A stretch of 51,168 bases of DNA, from contig CAYFFP010000001.1 of the NCBI GenBank assembly GCA_964342515.1, positions 25,036 through 76,203 on the forward strand. Direction: 5' to 3'. The notes beneath the pieces are model-generated. The model saw nothing but the letters and a program-made list of their open reading frames with translations. It ran no database searches and was not told the origin of the DNA. Positions 33,661-42,283 of the stretch are shown in pieces. The DNA comes from an uncultured Candidatus Saccharibacteria bacterium (GTDB taxonomy: Bacteria > Patescibacteriota > Minisyncoccia > Phycocordibacterales > Zambryskibacteraceae). Position 1 is the first letter of the stretch. Each line of letters opens with the position of its first letter. Made by a program: the position numbers and the translations under genes.

Positions 33661-33688
33661 CCACCTCTGCCCGTGAAGGCAGAGGTGG
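33661..33688 (-). terminator. Intrinsic terminator (minus strand) after the EEP operon and repeat copy 2
   Basis: CCACCTCTGCC-n6-GGCAGAGGTGG, followed on the minus strand by TTTGTTTTAT. Confidence 0.6.
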
Positions 33689-33722
33689 TGCTGTTAGTGC
33701 TTATTAATATACATGTTTCAAA

Positions 33723-33885
33723 TTAAAAATCAATGAAATATGTTAATAAGTTCTGAACCCTATTTTTGGTTATAAAAATTAGCGGCTTAACGAAGCCATA
33801 TTTTCAGGGCTCCCGTGGTTGGATACGTTAAGAACTCTGAATTGGAAAAATATAGCACGGGAGCTTGAGTTTAGTGGGTTAATAA
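33723..33885 (-). repeat. Composite repeat copy 2: pseudo-tRNA part (33809-33885) plus tRNA-Asn downstream-flank part (33723-33808)
   Basis: The left part aligns with 35532..35618 and the right part with 31677..31750. Begins at the EEP stop codon. Confidence 0.75.
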
Positions 33886-33887
33886 AT

Positions 33888-34628
33888 TTAATTAAAATCT
33901 AAGTACATGGCTAAATGGTCAGAAACTTCATCTGGTAATACCTGGAAATCATTAACCTTTATATCTTTACTGACTAGAGTATAGTCAGCAAAACGAACTG
34001 ATTTTGTGTAGTGGCTAGACCTCGTTGAGGTAATACCAAATTCTTTAATAAGATTTCTCATACCTAAATCTTCCAACATTTTCAAACTCTTAGTTTCTGG
34101 AAGTAGGTTGAAGTCGCCCATAAGCACATGGTGGTGTGAAATTCCTTTTAAGAACTTGGCAATCCTGTCTGATTGAATTAACCTCTCTTCGGTATCTTCT
34201 TTAGGACCACCGTTCCACAAACCATGAAAATTTAGAATTGTCCTAGGGCCTTTGGGTGTCTCTATGGTTGTATATTGAAGATTTCTGGCATGATTAGCAT
34301 GAAATTCTTGATGCACCCAGCCTACATCTTTATGAACAAAAATGTCTCCCTCTTCAAGAGCATTGAGGTCTTTCTTAACAAACATAGCTAGACCATACCA
34401 ATCGTGATAATGTGGGCGAAAGAATATTGAATGCTCCGTTAATATATTCCCGATATTAGTAAGCATTCTTGTATCTATCCCTTCTCCCCATTTAGGGGCT
34501 TCATCATCTCCACCTTCCCAGATTTCTTGAAGGCAGAAAACATCAATATCCTTGTGCTTACGAAAAAAATCCAAGAGATTATCCTTTCCAGCTCTTCCGC
34601 CCCAAGTATTTAGCGAAATCAGCCTCAT
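33888..34628 (-). CDS. Endonuclease/exonuclease/phosphatase (EEP) family protein
   Basis: LISLNTWGG, FCLQEI, GDFN, SDHLAMYLDF. Confidence 0.8.
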   Translation of the reverse strand: MRLISLNTWGGRAGKDNLLDFFRKHKDIDVFCLQEIWEGGDDEAPKWGEGIDTRMLTNIGNILTEHSIFFRPHYHDWYGLAMFVKKDLNALEEGDIFVHKDVGWVHQEFHANHARNLQYTTIETPKGPRTILNFHGLWNGGPKEDTEERLIQSDRIAKFLKGISHHHVLMGDFNLLPETKSLKMLEDLGMRNLIKEFGITSTRSSHYTKSVRFADYTLVSKDIKVNDFQVLPDEVSDHLAMYLDFN

Positions 34629-34900
34629 TATTTCAGTGAGATTACCTGCAACCCTTTCTTATCTATATCTTCTTTAGGCCAGAATTTAGTTAAATCATCT
34701 ATCTTCCACTTTCCTACATATCCAACCTTTCTTTCTAATTCTCTTCCTGTGTAGGCCTTTGTGTATGGATTCCACTCTTTCAAAACTAAGGTGTCTCCTT
34801 CGTCTATGTCAAAATCATTCAGTCTTAACTCAAAAGTCTTTTTGCCATCTAGAATTTCTTGAAAGTATTCAGACCATACTTTCTTTTCAACTGTTTTCAT
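34628..34900 (-). CDS. ASCH/DUF3850-like small RNA-binding-fold protein
   Basis: YFQEILDGKKTFELRLNDFDIDEGDTLVLKEW...YTGRELERKVGYV. Confidence 0.65.
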   Translation of the reverse strand: MKTVEKKVWSEYFQEILDGKKTFELRLNDFDIDEGDTLVLKEWNPYTKAYTGRELERKVGYVGKWKIDDLTKFWPKEDIDKKGLQVISLK

Positions 34901-34942
34901 ATGGGAAGTATAACAAAAATGGTGTAAGATATCTCCATTATT

Positions 34943-35419
34943 ATGGGCTTTTTATCTAGATATAAACGCGAAAAGCAAAAAGCGGAAGATTTCTATAAAA
35001 CTATAGATAAGGTTAAATGTCCTTATTTTGAGACCGATATCACTTTTAATGCTGATGGATTTCATCACCTCCAGTTTTCTGCGGAACGCGAACGGCCAAA
35101 GCAAGAGCAACTTCTGAAATTCAGTCTTTTACCCGCAATTCCACATATCTTAAAGAAAGCCGGGACAATTCAAGAGTATAGACGCACAATGGAACCAGTG
35201 GGTCAAAAGAGATTTTCTGATGGCGCTAAAGAAATGAAAGAAATTGAATATTGGGGAATAGTTGCTATCACAAAAAGTGAAAAACCGATAAGAATCAAGA
35301 TTATTTTGCGTAGAGTTGGTAACGGAAGTATAATTTTTTGGAGTGTAATGCCAACAGTGAAATTGAAAGATGGTGACTCGTATTTATATTTAGCTACTCC
35401 AAATATTGCTGAAGAATAA
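34943..35419 (+). CDS. Hypothetical 158-aa protein
   Basis: ORF with plausible composition (FNADGFHHLQF...IIFWSVMP); family not recognised. Confidence 0.45.
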   Translation: MGFLSRYKREKQKAEDFYKTIDKVKCPYFETDITFNADGFHHLQFSAERERPKQEQLLKFSLLPAIPHILKKAGTIQEYRRTMEPVGQKRFSDGAKEMKEIEYWGIVAITKSEKPIRIKIILRRVGNGSIIFWSVMPTVKLKDGDSYLYLATPNIAEE

Positions 35420-35531
35420 CGACAAAGCCCCTGATAAACAGGGGCTCTCTCGAGTGTCTGCCTTCAGCTTAATTTATTAGCTGAACGGGGCTTGCGCCCA
35501 CAGACACACTTTGACTATACCTAATCGTAAG

Positions 35532-35618
35532 TTAAAAATCAATGAAAATATGTTAATAAGTTCCGAACTCTATTTAGGTTGCAAAGTTTAGTGGCTCAAC
35601 AAAGCCATATTTTCGGGG
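35532..35618 (-). repeat. Repeat copy 3: authentic downstream flank of tRNA-Asn
   Basis: ~85% identical to 33723..33808 and contiguous with the tRNA-Asn 3' end. Confidence 0.75.
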
Positions 35619-35691
35619 CTCCGCGAGCAGGGATCGAACCTGCGACATCCTCGTTAACAGCGAGGCGCTCTGCCGACTGAGCTATCGCGGA
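35619..35691 (-). tRNA. tRNA-Asn (anticodon GTT)
   Basis: Acceptor TCCGCGA/TCGCGGA, D arm GCTC-AGTCGGCA-GAGC, anticodon arm CCTCG-CTGTTAA-CGAGG, T arm GCAGG-TTCGATC-CCTGC. Confidence 0.9.
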
Positions 35692-35747
35692 ATATTGGGA
35701 AATGATACCAAAAAGAGGGGATTAGACAAATTTGTTATAATAAGTTT

Positions 35748-36125
35748 ATGAAAATCAACATCAAGGCGACTAATATCACGCTTACTCCAGCCATCTCCGA
35801 TTACGTTAATAAGAAAATTTCCGCTCTTGAGAAATATTTTCAACAAAGTCCCGACGCGGTGGCGCACGTAGAGGTGGGGCGCATCACCCGTCACCACAAG
35901 ACGGGGGAGATTTTCCGCGCCGAGGTACATGTCATCGGGGCGGGGCTCGATGTCTATGCCGACTCGGAACAGGCGGACCTCTACGCCGCCATAGACTTGG
36001 CCAAGGATGAACTCATCAGAAACACTCTACAGGGTAAGGATAAGCGCGCCACACTTGCCCGCCGCGGAGCGGAGATGGTGAAAAATATGATGAAAGGGTT
36101 TAGAATATTTAAGAAAAGACCATAA
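35748..36125 (+). CDS. hpf: Ribosome hibernation promoting factor / RaiA family (short form)
   Basis: MKINIKATNITLTPAISDYVNKKISALEKYF...AEVHV...DLYAAIDLAKDEL. Confidence 0.8.
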   Translation: MKINIKATNITLTPAISDYVNKKISALEKYFQQSPDAVAHVEVGRITRHHKTGEIFRAEVHVIGAGLDVYADSEQADLYAAIDLAKDELIRNTLQGKDKRATLARRGAEMVKNMMKGFRIFKKRP

Positions 36126-36298
36126 TGGATTTTTACTGGAGACAGAAAGCGAACATGTGGGTTACCGCCTCGGTTCTAGCCGGAGGATTGGTGTCGGCAA
36201 TAATCCTCTTTTTCTTGGCGCGATTGGAGAATCGCCTAGAGGCTAGTTACCTCGCAGAAAGTCCCGCCAATTCATCTCTCGTTTTCCCGCAGGAGTAA
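36125..36298 (+). CDS. 57-aa single-TM small ORF coupled to hpf (TAATG)
   Basis: MDFYWRQKANMWVTASVLAGGLVSAIILFFLARLENRL... Would overlap the convergent def-fmt 3' end by 56 nt. Confidence 0.25.
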   Translation: MDFYWRQKANMWVTASVLAGGLVSAIILFFLARLENRLEASYLAESPANSSLVFPQE

Positions 36299-37463
36299 CT
36301 CTGGTAGGTACAAATTTCCCATCTTCGATTTTGGCATCATTTACTGCGATTCTTAGTTCTTTACCCATTTTATTTTTGAAAAAGAAATAAGCGCCGGGCC
36401 ATCTACTGTAAGCGAGGACCTTTCTTAAATTCTTTTCCGCATCATCATTCAAATCAAGAAGCCCATCCTCCTTCTTCACCAATTTGCAATAAGTAGCTAA
36501 TGAGTCGTCTTGAGGAGTAGGTGTCGGCAAATTCGGGAGGATTTTTGCCAGAAGTCTGCCACCGGCGCGGGCCAATTTCTCTTCCACTTTCGCGTAATGG
36601 TCCGGCCATGGCTCTATAAAAACCTTTTCTTGCGCCAGTATTGGTCCGTGGTCCATTTTCTCGTCCATTTTTATGATAGTGACACCGGGCTGCTTGTTCT
36701 CTAGGATTAAATTTTGAATAGGGGAAGAGCCCCGCAACTCAGGCAACAACGACGGATGCGCGTTAAGAAATCCGCGTCTTGGAATTTCTAAATATTCTTT
36801 AGGCAAGATTTTCCCGAACGACGCGACTATGCCGAAATCAATATCTTTTGGAAATTTGGGGAGGGGTGCTTTCGCGTCGGTAACTTTCAGAACGGGAGAA
36901 AACCCGGCACTTTCCAACTCTTCCAGTACAAATTCCGAGAATTTAGAACCTTGCCTGCCGGCAGGCAGGCTACCGAAGAAGACGAACGAAGCGGCTGGGG
37001 GGAGATTCCTCACATTCTTCGCTTTATCGGTAAAGAGTATGCCGTTTAAGTGGTCTATCTCGTGCTGTATTATCTGGGCAAGGAGGCCGGAGGCGCCAAT
37101 GGTAACCGACTTACCGGCATCGTTATAAGCTTTTATCGTCACTTTCTCATGGCGGAGCACTTCTCCGTAAAGCCATCTTACGGACAGACAGCCCTCCTCC
37201 ATCTTCCTCTTCTTCTTGGAAGTTTTGACGATTTCCGGATTGATGAAGACTAGGTCAGCACTTTCTCTCTTTACCATAAAAATCCGGAGGCTAGCGCCGA
37301 TTTGCGGCGCGGCAATAGCCACCCCGTCCTTTTCGGCATGTAAAGCCCTCTTCATCTTAGCGACAATGTCTCTTATTTTTTTAGAACCAATATCTTCGAG
37401 AGGCACTGCCTCGGCAGTTTGCCTCAAAACTGGACTCTCTTTGTCTACTAATAGTTTCTTCAT
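36243..37463 (-). CDS. def-fmt: Fusion of peptide deformylase (N-terminal) and a shortened methionyl-tRNA formyltransferase (C-terminal)
   Basis: Def motifs GVAIAAPQIG, EGCLSV, QHEIDHLNG. Then the Fmt part: VFFGS..SKFSEFVLEEL, NAHPSLLPELRGSSPIQ, GVTIIKMDEKMDHGPIL. ATGA overlap with the priA stop. Confidence 0.8.
   Translation of the reverse strand: MKKLLVDKESPVLRQTAEAVPLEDIGSKKIRDIVAKMKRALHAEKDGVAIAAPQIGASLRIFMVKRESADLVFINPEIVKTSKKKRKMEEGCLSVRWLYGEVLRHEKVTIKAYNDAGKSVTIGASGLLAQIIQHEIDHLNGILFTDKAKNVRNLPPAASFVFFGSLPAGRQGSKFSEFVLEELESAGFSPVLKVTDAKAPLPKFPKDIDFGIVASFGKILPKEYLEIPRRGFLNAHPSLLPELRGSSPIQNLILENKQPGVTIIKMDEKMDHGPILAQEKVFIEPWPDHYAKVEEKLARAGGRLLAKILPNLPTPTPQDDSLATYCKLVKKEDGLLDLNDDAEKNLRKVLAYSRWPGAYFFFKNKMGKELRIAVNDAKIEDGKFVPTRVTPAGKREMNWRDFLRGN
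36952..36967. repeat. 16-bp perfect palindrome TGCCTGCCGGCAGGCA (read as LPAGRQ in the Fmt N-terminal motif)
   Basis: Exact self-complementary 16-mer inside the FFGS[LPAGRQG]SKF segment. Confidence 0.9.
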
Positions 37464-39211
37464 AAAATGCTTTCTGGGTCCACTTTAATATTAAATTGCG
37501 GCGGCAGCAATAAAAGTTCGCCCAGAAGCTCTCTGTCCGGCCACTGCTCCCTTGGCATTCTTATTATTAGAGAATCTTTCAGCACATCCGGCTGCCACCT
37601 CGCAAACTTATCCTTGGGCAAACCTGCTCCCTCAATCTTGATAAAAATCGAGAACGGCGGATAAGACAGAGCGAGCCTTTCGGCGATCTCGTTCTGGTAG
37701 AAATCCGTGATATTGCCGGTTGCCGCCAAAAAAAGTATCTGCTTGCCGATATTTCTCGTTTGGATGACTAATTCTGTTTTAGTCAACTCGCGCAGGTGGC
37801 TTACAAGGTAGAAAATCCGCTCGTTTATCCCGAAGTCCGGTATGGAGAAAAGCGCGTCTAAAGAAACTATTCCGGCATATGGAATCGATTCAAGGTAAAA
37901 GAAAGCTTGCTCTGTCCCGACCAGAATGTCCCAATCTTTTGGAACCTTCTTATGTTCACTGTCTATGATCGCGACTCTCTTGTCTGGAGCAACAGCTTGT
38001 ACCTGCCTCGCGATCTCGTCCGTGCCGATGCCAAGAGGCACCAGCCGCCAACTTTTGCAGTAGCCGCAAGTGGTATTACTCGACTCACGTCTACCGCAGG
38101 CATGGCAAACGTAAATCCGCTCTGCTTTTTTCTGATGTAAGACAAGGGGCGCTTTGCAGTTAGGACACTCAAGAACGCTGCCGCAATCGCCGCAGATGGT
38201 GGTGGGAGCAAGGCCCTTCCGCGCTCCGAAAAGGAAAATCCGCTCTTTTTCAGCACCGGCTTTTTGCAGGAGTTCCTTGAGTTCTCTGGAGAAGATTTCG
38301 AACCGGCCGCGCTCGTCTGGCGGAGACTTCCCATCCGCAAGCACGGTCTTTACTCCGGAGAGACGCTTCGCAATCTGCGAATTTTCTCCGTAGGCGCCGT
38401 TTTTTTCTCTCCAAAGCGTTTGGAGCGAGAGTACCGAATCTCCCAACACCAATTCCAAGCCTAGAAGCCCGGCATAAATTTCTATAAAGTTTTTGAAGTT
38501 AAGGTATGGCCTCCTCTTCGCGCGGTAAGCGCGGGAGTTCTCGCGCTCGACGATGATGGCAGCCAAATCCGGCCGGTAGAAGGAGACGCCGGAAGGCGTG
38601 GTTATAAATAATACGGGATGCGGATCGGAAAGGGCCTTGCCCCAATCCTTCTCTGTATAAACGAACTCCTCGATGCCCCGCGAAAGCTCCTTGTATACAA
38701 GTTCGGCATCGTAATGCGTCGGTACTATAAGAAGCACTGATTGACTCCTGGCGAAACTCTGCCGGACCCGGGCGCGGTATTGAACAAAGCGCTCCCCGTA
38801 CTCCATCTGGAAGAGCGAGACTTCCGCGGGCCCTTTTTTATTTTTCTTGATAGTTCCAGTCTTGAGCTTTAGAAATTCTTTCGGTACCAGAAGAGAGAGC
38901 GCCGAGCCGACGCTGGCGGCGTAGAATTCTGCCGTGACGGCCGCCGCGTCGAGGAATGCTTCCGGCAGTGCGGCGGAGAAAATATCTCTTCCGGCAATTT
39001 TTTTAAGCGGGAAGTTCGCTTTCCTGATGCGACTCCTCTCGCTCTTAATGCTCTTGGAGTTTAAAACTACGGCCGCTACCCTGCTTTTCCTTAAAGGTAT
39101 CCGGACCAGTGTTCCTTTGGCGAGTTTAACCGAGGAGAAGTAGGAGAGATTGGTCTTGACGCTTGCCGTCATGGGCGCCGCTTCTATCAAATACAATTTC
39201 GCATAGGGCAT
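37460..39211 (-). CDS. priA: Primosomal protein N' (replication restart helicase PriA)
   Basis: Cys-rich insertion CGDCGSVLECPNCKAPLVLH...YVCHACG...CGYCKS plus helicase motifs. The start may be an internal Met. Confidence 0.85.
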   Translation of the reverse strand: MPYAKLYLIEAAPMTASVKTNLSYFSSVKLAKGTLVRIPLRKSRVAAVVLNSKSIKSERSRIRKANFPLKKIAGRDIFSAALPEAFLDAAAVTAEFYAASVGSALSLLVPKEFLKLKTGTIKKNKKGPAEVSLFQMEYGERFVQYRARVRQSFARSQSVLLIVPTHYDAELVYKELSRGIEEFVYTEKDWGKALSDPHPVLFITTPSGVSFYRPDLAAIIVERENSRAYRAKRRPYLNFKNFIEIYAGLLGLELVLGDSVLSLQTLWREKNGAYGENSQIAKRLSGVKTVLADGKSPPDERGRFEIFSRELKELLQKAGAEKERIFLFGARKGLAPTTICGDCGSVLECPNCKAPLVLHQKKAERIYVCHACGRRESSNTTCGYCKSWRLVPLGIGTDEIARQVQAVAPDKRVAIIDSEHKKVPKDWDILVGTEQAFFYLESIPYAGIVSLDALFSIPDFGINERIFYLVSHLRELTKTELVIQTRNIGKQILFLAATGNITDFYQNEIAERLALSYPPFSIFIKIEGAGLPKDKFARWQPDVLKDSLIIRMPREQWPDRELLGELLLLPPQFNIKVDPESIL

Positions 39212-39226
39212 GACGTTATAGTATCA

Positions 39227-40237
39227 TTGCCGCTAATGGCAAAGAAATTAGGCATCGATCTGGGCACCACGAACATCCTCGTCTTCGTCCCCGGCAAGGG
39301 AATTGTCTTGAACGAACCATCGGTAGTAGCCGTCTCCTCCGATAACAAGATTCTCGCCATCGGCGCGGAAGCCAAGACCATGATCGGCCGCACTCCCGAA
39401 GGCATCATCGCGTACCGGCCGATGAAGGACGGCGTTATCGCGGATTACCGCGTGACGGAAGCGATGTTGCGCTATTACATCAACAAAGCGCTCGGCAAGT
39501 GGAACATCTGGAAGCCCGACGTATTAATATCGGTGCCCGCGGGCGTTACCAGTACCGAACGCCGCGCCGTGATAGAAGCCGCGGTCAAGGCGGGGGCCAA
39601 GAACGCCTACGTGGTGAAAGAGCCGGTTCTTGCGGCAATCGGGGCCGGCATCCCGATACAGGAAGCGGCGGGGCATATGATCGTCGATATCGGTGGCGGG
39701 ACCACGGATGTGGCGGTCATTTCTCTCGGCGGCATAGTTTCTTCCACCTCGGTAAAGGTGGCGGGCAATAAGCTGGACGCCGCCATCGCCGATTACGTCA
39801 AGAAAAATTTCAATCTCGTCATCGGAGACAAGATGGCCGAGGATATCAAGATCCAAGTCGGCTCAGCCACTTTGCTTGATGAGGAATTATCAATGAATGT
39901 GAAAGGGCGCGATTTTATCCTAGGTTTGCCGAGAACGATTGAGATCAAAACCAATGAAGTAGTGAAAGCTATTAGTAAGGAATTGAGAGAGATGGTCAAA
40001 GCGGTCAAAGACGTTTTGCAGGAGACTCCGCCGGAACTCTCCTCCGATATTATCGACAAGGGCATCATTATGACCGGCGGCTCCTCTCAGCTTAGGAATT
40101 TCCCGGAACTAATGTTTCGCCGCACCGGTGTCAAAGCGGTTCTCGCCAAAGATGCCTACTTCTGCGTGGCCAAAGGCACCGGTATTGCGCTCGAACATTT
40201 GGATACTTATAAAAAGAGCATAATTGCGAAGAGATAG
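39227..40237 (+). CDS. mreB: Rod-shape-determining actin homologue MreB
   Basis: GIDLGTTN, DIGGGTTDVAVISLGG, GIIMTGGSS. Confidence 0.9.
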   Translation: MPLMAKKLGIDLGTTNILVFVPGKGIVLNEPSVVAVSSDNKILAIGAEAKTMIGRTPEGIIAYRPMKDGVIADYRVTEAMLRYYINKALGKWNIWKPDVLISVPAGVTSTERRAVIEAAVKAGAKNAYVVKEPVLAAIGAGIPIQEAAGHMIVDIGGGTTDVAVISLGGIVSSTSVKVAGNKLDAAIADYVKKNFNLVIGDKMAEDIKIQVGSATLLDEELSMNVKGRDFILGLPRTIEIKTNEVVKAISKELREMVKAVKDVLQETPPELSSDIIDKGIIMTGGSSQLRNFPELMFRRTGVKAVLAKDAYFCVAKGTGIALEHLDTYKKSIIAKR

Positions 40238-40243
40238 AGGGTC

Positions 40244-42229
40244 ATGGGAGTTTTTAAGATTAACAACGGATTCAAGCCGGCAGGGGACCAACCCCGAGCA
40301 ATCTCGGGGTTGGTCAAAGGTATTAGGGATGGGCTTCGTCACCAAACTCTTCTCGGTGTCACCGGCTCGGGCAAGACATTTACCGTGGCGAATGTCATAG
40401 CAGAGACAGACAAACCCACTCTCGTCATCGCTCACAACAAAACCTTGGCCGCCCAGCTGGCGCAGGAATACCGCGAATTTTTCCCCGAAAATGCGGTGCA
40501 CTACTTCGTCTCTTATTACGACTACTACCAGCCCGAAGCGTATCTTCCTGTCACCGATACTTATATCGAGAAAGAAGCGATGATCAACGAAGAGATAGAG
40601 CGCCTGCGCCACGCTTCCACCCAAGCGCTCTTGACTCGCAAAGATGTGATTATCGTAGCTTCAGTATCTTGTATCTATGGTTTAGGCGATCCGGCCGAAT
40701 ACGAGAAGGTAAATTTAAAAATAAAAGTCGGAGAGAATGTCTCGCGAGCAGATTTCATCCGAAATCTAATTGATATCCACTATTCCCGCACTAATGCGGA
40801 TTTAAAGCCGGGAACATTTCGCGCACTGGGTAATGTCATTGAGATTATGCCAATCTCGGAGAGAATTATTTACCGAATTGAATTAGATGGAGGGAAAGTT
40901 TTTTCTATCAAGCGCATTGACGCGGTATCGCGCTCGATAATAAATGAAGTAGATGTTTTCTTCCTCTTCCCGGCAAAGCACTTCATAACTGCCGATGATG
41001 CGAACAAGAGGGCTCTCGAGAGCATCAGATCGGAATTGGAAGACCGGTTGGAAGAATTAAAGGAAGGAGGGAAAATTCTTGAAGCTGAACGACTCAAACG
41101 CAGGACCACATACGACCTAGCCATGATCCGCGAAGTTGGTTACACCAACGGCATTGAGAATTACTCAAGACACTTCACGGGTAAAAAAGCCGGTGAAGCG
41201 CCATTTACGCTCCTTGATTATTTCCCCAGTCCGCCAGCCGGCGGATTTCTAACCATTATCGATGAATCTCATGTCACCGTGCCGCAGATAGGAGGAATGT
41301 ACGCGGGCGATAAAAGCCGCAAGGATACTCTTGTTGAACACGGCTTCAGACTGCCTTCCGCGCGCGACAACAGGCCGCTTAAGTTCGAAGAGTTCGAAAA
41401 GAAAATTGGGCAAGTTATCTATACTTCTGCCACGCCGGCGGAATACGAAAGGGAAGTGAGCGGTAAGATAGTAGAACAAGTCATCAGGCCGACGGGATTA
41501 ATTGACCCAGAGGTAATAGTAAAACCCATCGAATCTCAAATCTTGGATTTTATAAAAGAAGCAGAGAAGGCAATAGCAAAAGGCGGGCGAGTGATGGCCA
41601 CCACTCTTACTAAGAAAATGGCCGAAGACCTCTCCGAATTTTTAAAGGAGAAGAAGATTCGCGCGGAATATTTGCATAGTGATATTAAGACTATCGAGCG
41701 CATTGAGATCTTGACCCGGCTTCGCAAAGGTGAATTTGATTGCATTGTTGGAGTCAATCTCTTGAGAGAAGGTCTAGACTTGCCGGAGGTAACTCTTATT
41801 GGGATTCTTGATGCAGATAAAGAAGGATTCTTAAGGTCAGAGACTTCTCTTATACAGATCATCGGCCGCGCCGCGAGAAATATAGATGGCAGAGTCATTC
41901 TCTATGCCGACACTATGACTGGCTCTATGAAAAAAGCGATCGAAGAGACGGAGCGCAGGAGGAAACTCCAGAGTGCATATAACAAAAAGCATGGTATTAC
42001 TCCCAAGACGATTGTCAAAAAGATTAAAGATATCACCGACACTCTGGAACGCGAACATCATCAGGCGGTCAATCTTTTACTGGAAACTGACGAGAAGTTA
42101 TTCAAAAAATCTCCCAAGAAAGTTATTAAAATGAAGATGAAAGAGATGGAAGAAGCGGTCAAGAATTTGGATTTTGAAACCGCCGCCATCCTCCGCGATG
42201 AGATCAAAGCACTAGAAGCACGTCTGTGA
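40244..42229 (+). CDS. uvrB: Excinuclease ABC subunit B
   Basis: GVTGSGKT, DESHVTVPQIGGMY, RLPSARDNRPLKFEEF, and a C-terminal UVR motif (DFETAAILRDEIKALE). Confidence 0.95.
   Translation: MGVFKINNGFKPAGDQPRAISGLVKGIRDGLRHQTLLGVTGSGKTFTVANVIAETDKPTLVIAHNKTLAAQLAQEYREFFPENAVHYFVSYYDYYQPEAYLPVTDTYIEKEAMINEEIERLRHASTQALLTRKDVIIVASVSCIYGLGDPAEYEKVNLKIKVGENVSRADFIRNLIDIHYSRTNADLKPGTFRALGNVIEIMPISERIIYRIELDGGKVFSIKRIDAVSRSIINEVDVFFLFPAKHFITADDANKRALESIRSELEDRLEELKEGGKILEAERLKRRTTYDLAMIREVGYTNGIENYSRHFTGKKAGEAPFTLLDYFPSPPAGGFLTIIDESHVTVPQIGGMYAGDKSRKDTLVEHGFRLPSARDNRPLKFEEFEKKIGQVIYTSATPAEYEREVSGKIVEQVIRPTGLIDPEVIVKPIESQILDFIKEAEKAIAKGGRVMATTLTKKMAEDLSEFLKEKKIRAEYLHSDIKTIERIEILTRLRKGEFDCIVGVNLLREGLDLPEVTLIGILDADKEGFLRSETSLIQIIGRAARNIDGRVILYADTMTGSMKKAIEETERRRKLQSAYNKKHGITPKTIVKKIKDITDTLEREHHQAVNLLLETDEKLFKKSPKKVIKMKMKEMEEAVKNLDFETAAILRDEIKALEARL
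41230..41245. repeat. Palindrome variant TCCGCCAGCCGGCGGA (one central mismatch; read as PPAGG)
   Basis: Inside uvrB at DYFPSPPAGGFLTIIDESH. Confidence 0.9.
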
Positions 42230-42283
42230 TACTATATCCCCGTTGACATACCCCTGTAGCCCAGGCGCAGGGCGCCTTTCTAT

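Noticed and set aside
31677-35618. Integron-like gene cassettes, with the repeats acting as attC sites.
   Set aside because: GCTTAAC/GCTCAAC match RYYYAAC, and GTTAAGA nearly matches GTTRRRY. However, the spacing (~49 nt) is short, no intI gene or attI is present, and the repeats are better explained as tRNA-Asn-derived duplications.
39187-39408. 73-aa minus-strand ORF overlapping the mreB start.
   Set aside because: It is antisense to the highly conserved MreB N-terminus and has no motif. It is probably spurious.
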